IMG/VR virus record: IMGVR_UViG_3300032770_000013
Span: 31,989 to 95,988 of that record
DNA from: a virus
Direction: 5' to 3' (one strand)
DNA length: 64,000 bases
Both the position numbers and the translations under genes were made by a program. Shown here one piece after another: positions 48,701-57,757 of the stretch (the stretch's first letter is position 1; each line of letters begins with the position of its first letter). The notes beneath the pieces are model-generated. The model saw nothing but the letters and a program-made list of their open reading frames with translations, had not been told where the DNA came from and made no database searches.

Positions 48701-51036
48701 TTGTTGTTGGCAATAGCACCGTACACAATAGTGACCTTTCGGGCATCATTCTCGATAGCGACGAGGAATGGGTCCACATGTGTGTGCCCATGTCTTTCGA
48801 TGAGCGGCGCCGCAGCGTAACAGTCGTGCTTCCTCAATACGACGATCCAGAACCTTGGCAAGATCCACGAACCTACGACGGCGAGTTAATGTGGCCAGAA
48901 CGGTTCGATGAAAAAGAGGTGCGGAAACTTGAACACCAACTAGGCCCGTACCTCTCAGCCGGTAGGCTCCAACAAATGCCCGTGCCAAAGGGCGGCGGAA
49001 TCATCAAACGCGACTGGTGGCAATTGTGGGACAAGGACGCAGCTGCACTTTACGGCCTTGAATGGAATCCAAACCTTAAAGAGTTTCCACACTTTGAGCT
49101 CGTATATGCCAGCATCGATACCGCATACGGCGAGAAGGACGAGAACAACTACAATGCCATGACGGTATGGGGCGTGTGGTTGGATCGAAACAAAAACCGC
49201 CGACTCATGCTCATGTTCGGATGGGTCAAGCGGCTCCCGCTTCATGGCCGCGTCATTGCGCAAAAACTCGGCGAGGCGAAAATCAACTTCAAGCAACGTC
49301 AGCAGGCCGAATGGGGATTGGTCGAGCTAATCGCCGATACCTGCAAGCGCTACAAAGTTCAGAGATTGTTAATCGAGAATAAAACCCGCGGTCACGACGT
49401 CGCCAATGAACTTGCCCGCTTGTACGCCCGTGATAATTGGGGCGTTGAAATGATTAATCCAGTGAAGGACAAGGTCTCTCGGGTGCACTCAATTGTCCCA
49501 CTTTTTACCGACAATATGATTTGGGCACCAGAGACGCGCTGGTCCGACGAAATAATCTCCCAAGTTGAAGTGTTTCCCAAAGGGGAGTTCGACGATGCCG
49601 TAGATTCGTGCGTCGCTGGCGACACTGGCATTATAACCTCTAACGGAGTAATTCCGATTTCTGAAATTAAAGTTGGTGACTCAGTTTTGACGCACAAAGG
49701 CAGATTTTGCAAAGTCCTGCGAACTTCATCTAGAATCTCGGATCACTACTATAACTTGAAAGCAAGAGGATTAGAGTTAATTCAAATAACCGGAGAACAT
49801 CCGGCGTATGTTATGACAGTTATTTGCCCAGCCACTTCGGAAAAGTTGTGTGGCGGATTTGGTTGGACGCCAGTTCGTGATCTAGCCCCACGATTGCGCT
49901 ATACTTTCCTTCGTGAAGGAAAGACAGTAAATTCGCAAAAGCGTGGCAATCACGATGCCTTGGTTATCCCTAGGTTTAAGGCTTCGCCTCGAAATAACGC
50001 TTTTATTGATCTTGCATCATTTTGGGGTGAAGAAGTTAAGCGTGATGAAAAAAAGATATATAGAGCGTTTCGGTCAAAGGGACGGTTTACAAAAGAAAAT
50101 GTATCAAAAATTAAATTGCTCTGCAAAACTATTGAACAAAAAGAAGTAGCCAAAATGTTTGGTGTTTCTACTGCTATGATAAGTTTGCTAGTTAATGACC
50201 ATATTGGTCCGTCAAGAAGAGCGCCAGCTTACGCCACTGCTCCAAGATATATTGAACTTAATGCTGAAACTGGATGGGTAATGGGGTTATTCGCGGCCGA
50301 AGGATGTGTTTCAAGACACAATATCATATGGGCTTGTGATAAAAATGGGTTAGAAAAAGTGAGAAAATGGGCAAATCGTACCTTCGATAAGAATTTGTTA
50401 ATTAGAAAAGGCGTTGGTTGCTATAAAACTGTTCTGAGCTCGACCTTGGCTGTTCCGCTTTTCGAAGAATTTGGATATTTAGCCGAAAATAAAATCGTTC
50501 CTCAGTGGGCAATGTGTGCTCCTCCAGACTTTATTCGAGGGTTTGTCGACGGATATGTTTACGGTGATGGCAACCATTACAAAAATCGCACCGTTATGAC
50601 TTCAACATCACGATCTTTGTTATGGGGCATCAGACTAATGCTTTCCCAGCTTGGAAAACCCGCATGGCTCAACATAAGCCGGGAAGCTGGCCCTCGCAAA
50701 GTATTTGGAAAAATATCAAATTGCCTGCGGGCTTATAGCTTGGATTATCTTGAAGCACCAAGCCGACAAGCGATTGTTAGCGACGAATACATTGGCACAC
50801 ATATTGAGAGACTCGAAAGAGTGAATGAGCCGATCACTGTCTATAATCTTTCAGTTGATGAGGATGAAAGTTATGTCACGGTCGGCGGAACCTTTCATAA
50901 TTGCTCCCAAGCGATCAACTGGGCCCGCGAGAACGGCATCGTAGAGCGCGCCGACGAGACCAGCGCGAGTCTGCGGGACGAAATGACTTACAAAGGCCAT
51001 CGGGAATCAGTAGCTCAGGATTATGGAGTTGGGTGA
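45721..51036 (+). CDS. terL: Terminase large subunit with three inteins (spliced product about 574 aa)
   Basis: Exteins LLVNLPPRCGK|S, LTVDD, IMQRLHQ|SDLSG, SIDTA, IENK, FPKGEFDDAVDS|C. Confidence 0.92.
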   Translation: MSIANITPKDDWPLLLKDKVSRLAILDRRYEYENNFSLFLEQAWPSMDGSPYQKSWVLPALCDHLEAVTTGHIKRLLVNLPPRCGKPVCEDEWVVERARGRIRLADIKVGDLILTHRGRFRRVAEVHLQGILPITKIETWSGRVVRAAADHPFLTTEGWKEVRELLVGDSLGLVSPLENCGSETLRPEEARLLGYLIGDGSIAQGQPGVTTASVGVSDDVKACAAAMGWHTRESSTQSNAWLVVIKQHAGTTRGPNKSGWRQWLEYHRLYGTTSYTKRVPLAVMGASKEIIAEFLGAYWSCDGHITGRGKRGDGRERGDCVVGCDSVSRDLMLDVQHLLLRLGIFSRIRQRRAKIKTKRQGDEYISWSLTLSRTDDVAKFAKRIKLAHEKRVRLESLVHRTDFDRALTADQITYIEPCGTAVCRCLTVEDDASFTAADFAVHNSLTTSIAWPAWIWAREQQTFVSGPGVKLLTASYGAHLSLDHSNKTRQLILSPWYQTHWADRFSLRQDTNSKSQFANTKGGERQATSVGGSLLGLGGMILTVDDAHNVETEKKIETDADRRRVASWWKELHSTRLNDPKQGAIVVIMQRLHQCLVKGTPVRVPSGEAKIESLKVGDQVYGSNGWQQISHVGSRRYKGFSYGVRVCGHYITSWTTNNHLYLTKRGWVRADELKKADWVCLPILKQKETLDVPWEPVKWAPPPRAPTGNAKANHKRQTTINEAELRELIARGLTNCEIAKLLGVHRNTIHNSMFFYRINRMMDRNPIFGVAHLDDPDFWRVVGLWIAEGSFCLGRGKICGIRFTFGSHEPHFVAFVRKIMGRYGVSSYGKVPHPSCLEASLFCSQLARWLCKHFGRGAHNKRLPSFAFSLPEAYRRQILEGWLDGDGCVRQDGARRGSTVSVALVHDMQRLALGLGLRCFIYKSRSYETIINGQKVTPCGYQFELRFAWPRHKNAVAPQRSIIDGGFLWSKVASIKKEPYNGKVYDITTPSHDFVVGNSTVHNSDLSGIILDSDEEWVHMCVPMSFDERRRSVTVVLPQYDDPEPWQDPRTYDGELMWPERFDEKEVRKLEHQLGPYLSAGRLQQMPVPKGGGIIKRDWWQLWDKDAAALYGLEWNPNLKEFPHFELVYASIDTAYGEKDENNYNAMTVWGVWLDRNKNRRLMLMFGWVKRLPLHGRVIAQKLGEAKINFKQRQQAEWGLVELIADTCKRYKVQRLLIENKTRGHDVANELARLYARDNWGVEMINPVKDKVSRVHSIVPLFTDNMIWAPETRWSDEIISQVEVFPKGEFDDAVDSCVAGDTGIITSNGVIPISEIKVGDSVLTHKGRFCKVLRTSSRISDHYYNLKARGLELIQITGEHPAYVMTVICPATSEKLCGGFGWTPVRDLAPRLRYTFLREGKTVNSQKRGNHDALVIPRFKASPRNNAFIDLASFWGEEVKRDEKKIYRAFRSKGRFTKENVSKIKLLCKTIEQKEVAKMFGVSTAMISLLVNDHIGPSRRAPAYATAPRYIELNAETGWVMGLFAAEGCVSRHNIIWACDKNGLEKVRKWANRTFDKNLLIRKGVGCYKTVLSSTLAVPLFEEFGYLAENKIVPQWAMCAPPDFIRGFVDGYVYGDGNHYKNRTVMTSTSRSLLWGIRLMLSQLGKPAWLNISREAGPRKVFGKISNCLRAYSLDYLEAPSRQAIVSDEYIGTHIERLERVNEPITVYNLSVDEDESYVTVGGTFHNCSQAINWARENGIVERADETSASLRDEMTYKGHRESVAQDYGVG
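45979..47049 (+). mobile_element. Intein 1 (357 aa, LAGLIDADG) in Walker A; begins with Pro
   Basis: GK|PVCEDEW...DHPF...LLGYLIGDG...FLGAYWSCDG...CRCLTV...VHN|S. Confidence 0.85.
47503..48729 (+). mobile_element. Intein 2 (409 aa, HTH + LAGLIDADG)
   Basis: Q|CLVKGT...TNNH...VVGLWIAEG...LEGWLDGDG...VYDIT...VHN|S. Confidence 0.9.
49609..50901 (+). mobile_element. Intein 3 (431 aa, HTH + LAGLIDADG) in the nuclease domain
   Basis: DS|CVAGDT...TGEHP...MGLFAAEG...VDGYVYGDG...VYNLSV...FHN|C. Confidence 0.9.
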
Positions 51037-51542
51037 TGTTTGCGATTAAAGTGATCGGCGAGCGCGACGAATGGTGGGGCGGCTCGAACATTCATACGTG
51101 GGTCGTCGGATTCGATGAAGCTATTCGTTACGAGACTGAGGCAGAGGCCGAAACGCAGGCAGAATATTTGAACCAGTATCGCCCTTGCAAGGTGATTGAT
51201 CTGCGGCACCCATTCGAGAGAGATAAGGAAAAGCTTCGCGAGGTCCGAGAGAAGATCGCCGCCGATATTCTCAACGGGGCACGAGGTAATGACGCAGTCG
51301 TAAGGCGGTGGGAAGAAGTATTTGGAAAGCCAATACCGGAAGTCCTGCTAAATCGACCAAAGATTAGCTTCGGAATTGCCATCGAGCGAATTTGGCCGAG
51401 CGATCTTGTAGCGATTGAAAATGGGCGTGTGCGCCGGCTTACTAATGACGATATACGCAAACACAAGATTGTATTTCCAGAAGGGATCAACGACATAAAT
51501 TGGAAGATCCAGCAGTCCGATGAAACGCCAAAAGTCGAATAA
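51036..51542 (+). CDS. Hypothetical protein
   Basis: TGATG overlap with the terL stop. Confidence 0.55.
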   Translation: MFAIKVIGERDEWWGGSNIHTWVVGFDEAIRYETEAEAETQAEYLNQYRPCKVIDLRHPFERDKEKLREVREKIAADILNGARGNDAVVRRWEEVFGKPIPEVLLNRPKISFGIAIERIWPSDLVAIENGRVRRLTNDDIRKHKIVFPEGINDINWKIQQSDETPKVE

Positions 51543-51886
51543 AGTTCTCCGCGCCAAACTGCGCACAGCATCCGGTCGAGCATCCAGGCTAAACCAGCTT
51601 GGCGAGATAAAAACCCGATATAAGCCCAAGCCAATTACGTTACCGGAAGTGAAGTTTCTAAAGCCGTTGGGAGAAGATAGATGACCGATGCTCAGTGTAT
51701 TGCCACACGCGCGGAATTGCTTTCCAGAGCTCGCCTTCTGCCAACCGACAATCCGGTACGGCTACGGTGCGAACGGATGGCACGGTATCTGCTGGGCATG
51801 GCTGGCAGCGATGCAATCCTGCGCGATGATGCCTGGATCCGCTATGAGGCCGAGAAACGCGACCTCGTAAGCTATATCGACGCGCG

Positions 51887-52345
51887 TTAGTGCGGATCGA
51901 CTACCGTCAGTCCAGCAATCGAAACCCGGTGAACGCGAGTCAGGCCCCCACCACTGTTGGGATCATAAACCTCGGCGGTGCCGTCCCCATAAGCCGTCAT
52001 GATGTAGGCCACATGCCGCTTGCCCCATAGCACTACCCGTCCAGCCGCAGGAGCTGCCCTCGGGAACCTGTACCAGTTAGCCACAAGCCATAAATCCCTG
52101 ATCGGACGCCCAAACACCTTCAAAGCCGTCCCGCAGCCGCAAAACAGGTAATGGGGACACCCTGCCGGGTGGGCGACTATCTGGCCTCGGTCGTAAATGG
52201 CCTCATGGCGGCCCATAGATGCGCGCTGGTAAGCCCGGCTGGAATGAGGGGTATCCGTACCCCCCAATCCAAAGAGCCAGCCAGCATTAGCCGTATTGGC
52301 TCCAAACAGGCAGGCAAGCAGGATGGCAGCATAACCGTACCGCAT
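51887..52345 (-). CDS. Secreted CHAP-like Cys-His peptidase/amidase
   Basis: Signal peptide; FCGCG...W...HVAYI...YDPNSG. Confidence 0.55.
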   Translation of the reverse strand: MRYGYAAILLACLFGANTANAGWLFGLGGTDTPHSSRAYQRASMGRHEAIYDRGQIVAHPAGCPHYLFCGCGTALKVFGRPIRDLWLVANWYRFPRAAPAAGRVVLWGKRHVAYIMTAYGDGTAEVYDPNSGGGLTRVHRVSIAGLTVVDPH

Positions 52346-52576
52346 CGGGTCAACCTCGTAGCTGTTTCGGGGAAGACTGGAACTTAGCCGGTTTGGGAGA
52401 CTGAGGGAAGTCTCCTATTTCTTCACCCAAATTAAGTACGAAATCCAAAAACGCAGCCACCGCACTCGATAGCGCCATGTCTTTGAGTGCGCCACGCAAT
52501 CCTGATAGGCATATGCTTCGGCGCACGGAATCGGTGGGTTGTCCAGAGGATGACAAGTACAATTCATAAGTCGCTC

Positions 52577-52888
52577 CTATTGTGACTTTGGGAATTGTAG
52601 GCTGAACCGCGTCCAGAGCGGACAGCCATCATGCACCTTCATTTCGACCTTGATCTCGTAATGTTGGTAACCCGCATTCGCGAGAAGCACGTGCAGCCGG
52701 TTCAATTCCCCGTCATTGTTTAGATCGCCCTCAATGTCCATTTCGTGATGGCACGAGCAGGTCGTGTTGAACCCGTTATCGCGAAGCAACCGCACGGCAT
52801 CACGAATACCAACTTCGATTGCGTCCTCGTACCAACCCACGGCCGATCCTATTCTGCTATTTTGACAGCATAGCATATAGACCAGCAC
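52577..52888 (-). CDS. Hypothetical protein
   Basis: IEVGIRDAVRLLRDNGFNTTCSC motif. Confidence 0.55.
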   Translation of the reverse strand: MLVYMLCCQNSRIGSAVGWYEDAIEVGIRDAVRLLRDNGFNTTCSCHHEMDIEGDLNNDGELNRLHVLLANAGYQHYEIKVEMKVHDGCPLWTRFSLQFPKSQ

Positions 52889-53495
52889 TGATTATCATTA
52901 GCGCGCCACAGCCAATTGCGACGCCGAGATAAATCAAAAGTCGCGAGATAAACCATTCGATTATCTGGCTCTTGCCAATCATGATGCCGCGTCGCTCCTT
53001 CAAAACCATTGCTCTGGCGGATCAATTTTTAACCGCCTGCGGATGCGCCACAGCGAAAGGCAGATGTAAACTTGAGCGCCAAAGATCGCACCGAGTTCAA
53101 AATGTTCCAGAGCCAACATTGCGACCGCTCCTCTAGCTCGTCGGGTTATTAGCCGATTTTCCAGTGGCTCGTCCTTGCGTTCCTTGAATTGTATAAGGAC
53201 CGAGCGCATCGCATGATGGCGAGTTCGGCCGATGGTGTGCAAGATGCCCCGCCATGTGCGCAATCCATTCTTCCTGGCGGTTCATCCGGCTATAGCCACA
53301 GATCAAACAAAACGGTTCCCACATTTGATCGCTCCTTTACTGGTTCGGCTTTATCGGCCGACGACGTTTTAACTTCAAGGTCCATCTGGTCGCCTGCTCG
53401 GGGTACGCAAATCTGAAATCCTTTCGCGGCAACCACTTGCGGCACCATCTGCAAGATTCAAATTTCAGCACGTTCGCTCCTTTACTGCTTCGGCT

Positions 53496-53792
53496 TTAAT
53501 CGTTCTGCGCCCCTCGCGTTTTAAGTTTCTTTTTCTTCCTACGCTTCACTGTGGCGCGCGCCTCGGCCAGAACGCGCTGCGTCGGCGTTTCTTCCCGCCA
53601 TAGACCGAGACGGCACGTGCAGGCTTCGTGCGGTTCTTTGTCGGGATTGCCGTCAGTCGATATTCTATATCGACAGGTTTTCTCATGCTGGCTTGGCACA
53701 GCAAGATAGCCGATCAACTGGCCGCGTCCTTCATTGTTGAAGCCCTGTTCGGCGTTATCCGGCGAAATATGCCTAGGCGTGAATTTTTCCAT
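53496..53792 (-). CDS. Hypothetical cassette-like protein
   Basis: ATG directly after site F; half-site embedded in its 3' end. Confidence 0.55.
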   Translation of the reverse strand: MEKFTPRHISPDNAEQGFNNEGRGQLIGYLAVPSQHEKTCRYRISTDGNPDKEPHEACTCRLGLWREETPTQRVLAEARATVKRRKKKKLKTRGAQND

Positions 53793-53799
53793 AACCGTT

Positions 53800-53827
53800 C
53801 CTCGCGTTTTTAAGTCCTTAGAGCGTG
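53800..53827. repeat. Intergenic site F
   Basis: Minus strand CACGCTCTAAG-GA-CTTAAAAACGCGAGG; two differences from site D. Confidence 0.75.
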
Positions 53828-54043
53828 TTTCAAATTGTTTGCTTGCGGATCGCGCGAGCGATTTCCTTTTCGTTCCCGCGGCTACTGTCGATCGCCAGAG
53901 CAATCGCAGCGCAACGCTCTCGCTCCGCATTCTTTGCGGCAGTCATAGCGTCGTTAACGACACGGCGGGCATCCGCTTCGCGGACGTATAACTCGCCGTC
54001 AAGCAAAATACCGTCCATCTCGAACGCTGCCGCCATCTGGGAT

Positions 54044-54292
54044 TTAGTGACTCTCGTCACCCTCCTGTTGCTGCCGGAAACACCCGCACGGACAATCCAG
54101 CACGACGCATTCGGTGCCAGGCGCGCTAGCATGCAAGCCGTAGTCGTGGCCGCACTGGCACATCTGGTCGAAGCCGAGTAGCTTTGCCGCTCTTTGAGTT
54201 AAACCGCCTTCAGCTTCTCGCTCCATGCGCTCGAGATCGCCCGGAAGTTCTTTCATACCGTTCCACGGATCGACGTAATCGAATCTGCTCAT
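54044..54292 (-). CDS. Hypothetical Cys-rich cassette-like protein
   Basis: First ORF after the 45-bp leader; CQCGH...H...C...CPCGCF. Confidence 0.55.
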   Translation of the reverse strand: MSRFDYVDPWNGMKELPGDLERMEREAEGGLTQRAAKLLGFDQMCQCGHDYGLHASAPGTECVVLDCPCGCFRQQQEGDESH

Positions 54293-54331
54293 GGCCTCGC
54301 CGCTGTTCTGCTGTTCCCCGCCGACGCGATG

Positions 54332-54376
54332 ACTGACGGGCGCTTTGATTTCATTGATCTGCGCACACACACTGCC
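54332..54376. repeat. 45-bp exact direct repeat, copy 2, 14 bp after the recombinase stop
   Basis: Identical to 20330-20374. Confidence 0.9.
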
Positions 54377-54390
54377 ACAACGCGCGCTCC

Positions 54391-55044
54391 TTAGCCTTGT
54401 TCCGGTTGCTTGCGTATCCACTTGTAATCGCCGCTCGCCAGCCGCGTTCGCTTCCAATAAGCATATACGGCCGCTGTGGACAATTTGAAGTGAGCCGCTA
54501 CTTCCGGACCGGTCATCCCCCGGCTTAGCATCCGGCCGGCCTGCTCGACTTTGGCATCGGTCATGATCCGCTTCGGCCCCCACTTCCAACCGTTCGCCCG
54601 CTTAGCCTTGATCGCGGCAATGCCGGCAGTCGTGCGCTGGATAGTGCTCTCGCGCTCGAACTGAGCGAATGACATCATCGTGTTCATGGCGAGACGACCG
54701 GCAGGCGTCGATGTATCAATGTGTTCCGTCAGGCTGCGCAGCTCGACACCCTTTTCTTTGAGAGTCCTGAGCAGTTCATAGAGATCGGGTATCGAGCGCG
54801 TGAGACGGTCCAGACGCCAGACAACCAGCGTGTCACCATCCCGACAGTCCATGATTGCGAACTGCAATGCCTCGCGGCGCTTCATGCTCGCGCCAGATCG
54901 TTTCTCGGTGTGCAGATTGTCCTCAAGCACGCCGGCTTCGCGAAGCGCTTCCTGCTGCATTTCGAGTGATTGATCCTCGGTCGAAACGCGGGCATAACCG
55001 ATCAGCCGACCGCCACTTCCGTTTTTGTCAGACTTTCGGGGCAT
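54391..55044 (-). CDS. Small serine recombinase (resolvase/invertase) with C-terminal HTH
   Basis: LIGYARVSTEDQ, GDTLVVWRLDRLTRS, IDTSTPAGRL, FAQFER, RTTAG; HTH EVAAHFKLSTAAVY. Confidence 0.92.
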   Translation of the reverse strand: MPRKSDKNGSGGRLIGYARVSTEDQSLEMQQEALREAGVLEDNLHTEKRSGASMKRREALQFAIMDCRDGDTLVVWRLDRLTRSIPDLYELLRTLKEKGVELRSLTEHIDTSTPAGRLAMNTMMSFAQFERESTIQRTTAGIAAIKAKRANGWKWGPKRIMTDAKVEQAGRMLSRGMTGPEVAAHFKLSTAAVYAYWKRTRLASGDYKWIRKQPEQG

Positions 55045-55092
55045 GATGTTGTGATTGCGGCCTTCAGCTAGCAACGCCAAAAATGTAAGCAT

Positions 55093-55136
55093 ATCGTACA
55101 GTATGGCTTGACAGCGTGTCAAGCGCAGATTATTTT
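55093..55136. promoter_or_regulatory. Palindromic back-to-back promoters
   Basis: GCTTGACA-GCG-TGTCAAGC; plus strand TTGACA-N17-TATTTT; minus strand TTGACA-N18-TACGAT. Confidence 0.55.
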
Positions 55137-55848
55137 GCAGCATGGCAACGAAAACAGCCCTGTTAGGAAAGAGCCGCGAGGAAGCCCGCCGGCTGGCGCT
55201 TTTCGATGCGACCTTTGCCGTCGCAGAGTGCGAAGCCAAGCGCCCGGAACGCAGTCATCGAAATGGCGTTCACTGGAACAAGGGCTATTCGGCGGGCATA
55301 CGCCAGGCGCTCGCTGCGCTGAAGAAGCTGAGAGAGGACTAGGCCCGTGGATAATTTAACGATCTCCGCTTTTAGCGCTCTTATCATGCACATGTGTCCG
55401 ATGCACCACGATGGCAAATCTTACGTCGCCATCCCGGTCAAAGAACTTTCGGCAGTTATTGTCGAGCTAGGCAAAGAACACGCGCTTGGGCAAGACAACG
55501 CATTGATCGTCCAGCCAACGACGGAAGGATGCTCGCCAGACGACGGCGTGAACGTCCCTGGCGTTAGTTCTGACGATCCAACTTTGGATTTGCCAAGCGG
55601 GCCGCCGAGCAACATTGAAATCCCCCGATAGCAGAAGCGAGGTAAAGGCCCCAAATGAAAGAAGCTGAAGCATTGCGCGATCTCGCGGCTAAGATACGCC
55701 GCTTAGCGGAGGCGCATGAATCATTTTCGATGATCTGCGGGCGTGTAGAAAACTTCTGTGACGACCTTTGCTGTCGCGCTAGAATTATCGAATTAACGGC
55801 GCAGCTCCCACGAAAAGATGATCGTTGAAGGAGGACGCCGCCAATAAT

Positions 55849-56238
55849 TCAGCGGCGCTTAATCTGAACATCAGTAGGCAATACCGGCCTATGCCATGTC
55901 GCATCTTCCGGGATGTTCGGAGCCCACAGATGGCGGATCAGGGAACTCAAGGCCGTCAGCGCGAAGCTGGCGTGCAGGAACAGCCAAACCGGGGGCGGAT
56001 TGTGCCGCGTCTGCACGATGTGCAGCGCCGCTAATGCGCAAGCCGCCGCCAAAGAGCACATGCAAAGCCTTTGTATCAATCGGATGACCGCCAAGAGGCA
56101 CTGAAATCCGGCACCGTGCGTCACCAATGGGATAAACCAGATGATGACTAGCGACGTGACACCGAGCATCAAAGCCGAATAGGCCCAGAGCGGACCGACA
56201 AACTCTTCGATGACAACCATCATTTGTTGATTTTCCAT
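55849..56238 (-). CDS. Membrane protein (3 TM), lysis module
   Basis: Three hydrophobic segments; overlaps the holin-like gene. Confidence 0.55.
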   Translation of the reverse strand: MENQQMMVVIEEFVGPLWAYSALMLGVTSLVIIWFIPLVTHGAGFQCLLAVIRLIQRLCMCSLAAACALAALHIVQTRHNPPPVWLFLHASFALTALSSLIRHLWAPNIPEDATWHRPVLPTDVQIKRR

Positions 56239-56510
56239 TTCGTCACCAAAGTAATAAGCCGCTGACAGACTTCCATTGCTGCTAATCCGATGATGAACGT
56301 CAGGCCGCCGTTCGGCTTCAATCCAATGTACACCGGCAGTATCGGCCCGAGATACATCCCAGCGAAGGTTCCAGCAATCACACCGCCGACGCCTCCCCAC
56401 GGATCAGAACGCCAAGTCCCCAACAGCGCAACACGGACGATGCCTCCGGCGAAGCCCGCGAATATGTCGGCGGCCTTGACGCCTATCAAATCCAAGAACT
56501 GGTTGAGCAT
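56220..56510 (-). CDS. Holin-like membrane protein
   Basis: AGFAGGIV...GTFAGMYLGP...FIIGLAAM; 96 aa. Confidence 0.6.
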   Translation of the reverse strand: MLNQFLDLIGVKAADIFAGFAGGIVRVALLGTWRSDPWGGVGGVIAGTFAGMYLGPILPVYIGLKPNGGLTFIIGLAAMEVCQRLITLVTKWKINK

Positions 56511-56956
56511 GCCGCAAGTTCCCCCCTCAATCCAGTTTTCGGATCAAAACTGCGTACAGGTTCCGGGAACGAATCTCGGTTCCAACGTACTCGATCGAGC
56601 ATTGGCATTGAAGGATGGGTTTGCGGGAGCCTGGAACTACACCAAGGATGCTTTCCATAGTGTGGACGAATGAATCTTTTTGCGGCCGCGCATCACACAT
56701 CAAGGTTCCGGCGGCGAGGCCGATGCAAACCCAGATGATGGCGCGGATGACTTTCATCTTCCAATCTCGGCTTCCGCCTGATGAACTGCTCCAATCAAAC
56801 GAAGCATGAACTCGTCGGCGTGCCGGCCGCTGCGATCAGTGCCGGGGCCGAACGGCCAGCCAGGGCCACAGTGACGATCCCACCAGCTTTCCCTATTGGC
56901 TTCATACCAAGCGCGAACTTTGTCGGCTACAGCATCGCCTCGTGCGGTCGGGTCCA

Positions 56957-57757
56957 TCATGACGAGAACTGCTGCACGTCGTCTAAAAGGTCTTGGAGCA
57001 AGAAGCCTTCGACCGTCTTGCCTGATCGAAGCGCCTCCTCGGAGACGTATCCCATAGCCTCCCGGCAGTTGTCTTGGATGAACTCGCGCGTGACCGGGAA
57101 GTCGGCTCCCCAAGTGTAGACGTGCGGCATGTTGTCGTTGCCGACGTAGGCGAGCGGCACGTAGTGGAAGTCGTCATCGTTCACCGCCTTGCCGCTCCAC
57201 GGCTCGCCGGCGTCGAACTGGCGCTCCGAATCCTCGGTCAGCGCGACGCCGAGTCCGCAGCCGCCGTCGCAGATGTACGAGGCCGCGATCAAATGCGCGA
57301 TGTTCGTTGGATCAATTGAGACGTAAGCGGCGATCCGGTGCCGTCGCGGCGTGCCGTCCGGCATGACAGTCGCGTCGCGGAAGCCAGTGCGCTGCCAGTA
57401 TGCGGCAACGGAGAGCATATCACCGCCGTTGTCGGTTGCTTCTGTGCCCTGCCAGCCACAGCAATCGCGATAGTCGTCCAAGGCATCGGCGGTCGTGATC
57501 TGGACCGGCCTGCCGGAAAGCTTATTCCAGAGCATAACCACATGATCGGCTCCCGCAATCGTACAATCGCCCCAAGAATTATTCCCCAACATTCCTAGGG
57601 GATATGGATCGTTCGCTGTTCTTGGCGGGAATAGTCCGCCTCGATCAAATGTCGGCGGGATGGGCGGCAAGACGCCGCCAGCGAAGTATGATCTGAACGT
57701 CAAGATCGGCGGGCGCGGAGAAGACCGCAAGCCTGCCTTATATTTGAGAAGCGCCAT
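56957..57757 (-). CDS. Papain-like cysteine peptidase
   Basis: LGNNSWGDCTIAG...DNGG...HYVPL...YTWG. Confidence 0.65.
   Translation of the reverse strand: MALLKYKAGLRSSPRPPILTFRSYFAGGVLPPIPPTFDRGGLFPPRTANDPYPLGMLGNNSWGDCTIAGADHVVMLWNKLSGRPVQITTADALDDYRDCCGWQGTEATDNGGDMLSVAAYWQRTGFRDATVMPDGTPRRHRIAAYVSIDPTNIAHLIAASYICDGGCGLGVALTEDSERQFDAGEPWSGKAVNDDDFHYVPLAYVGNDNMPHVYTWGADFPVTREFIQDNCREAMGYVSEEALRSGKTVEGFLLQDLLDDVQQFSS

Noticed and set aside
55045-55239. N-terminal extension of the serine recombinase in the ORF track
   Set aside because: It spans the divergent promoter and a plus-strand gene; the catalytic YARVS motif lies just after Met at 55044.
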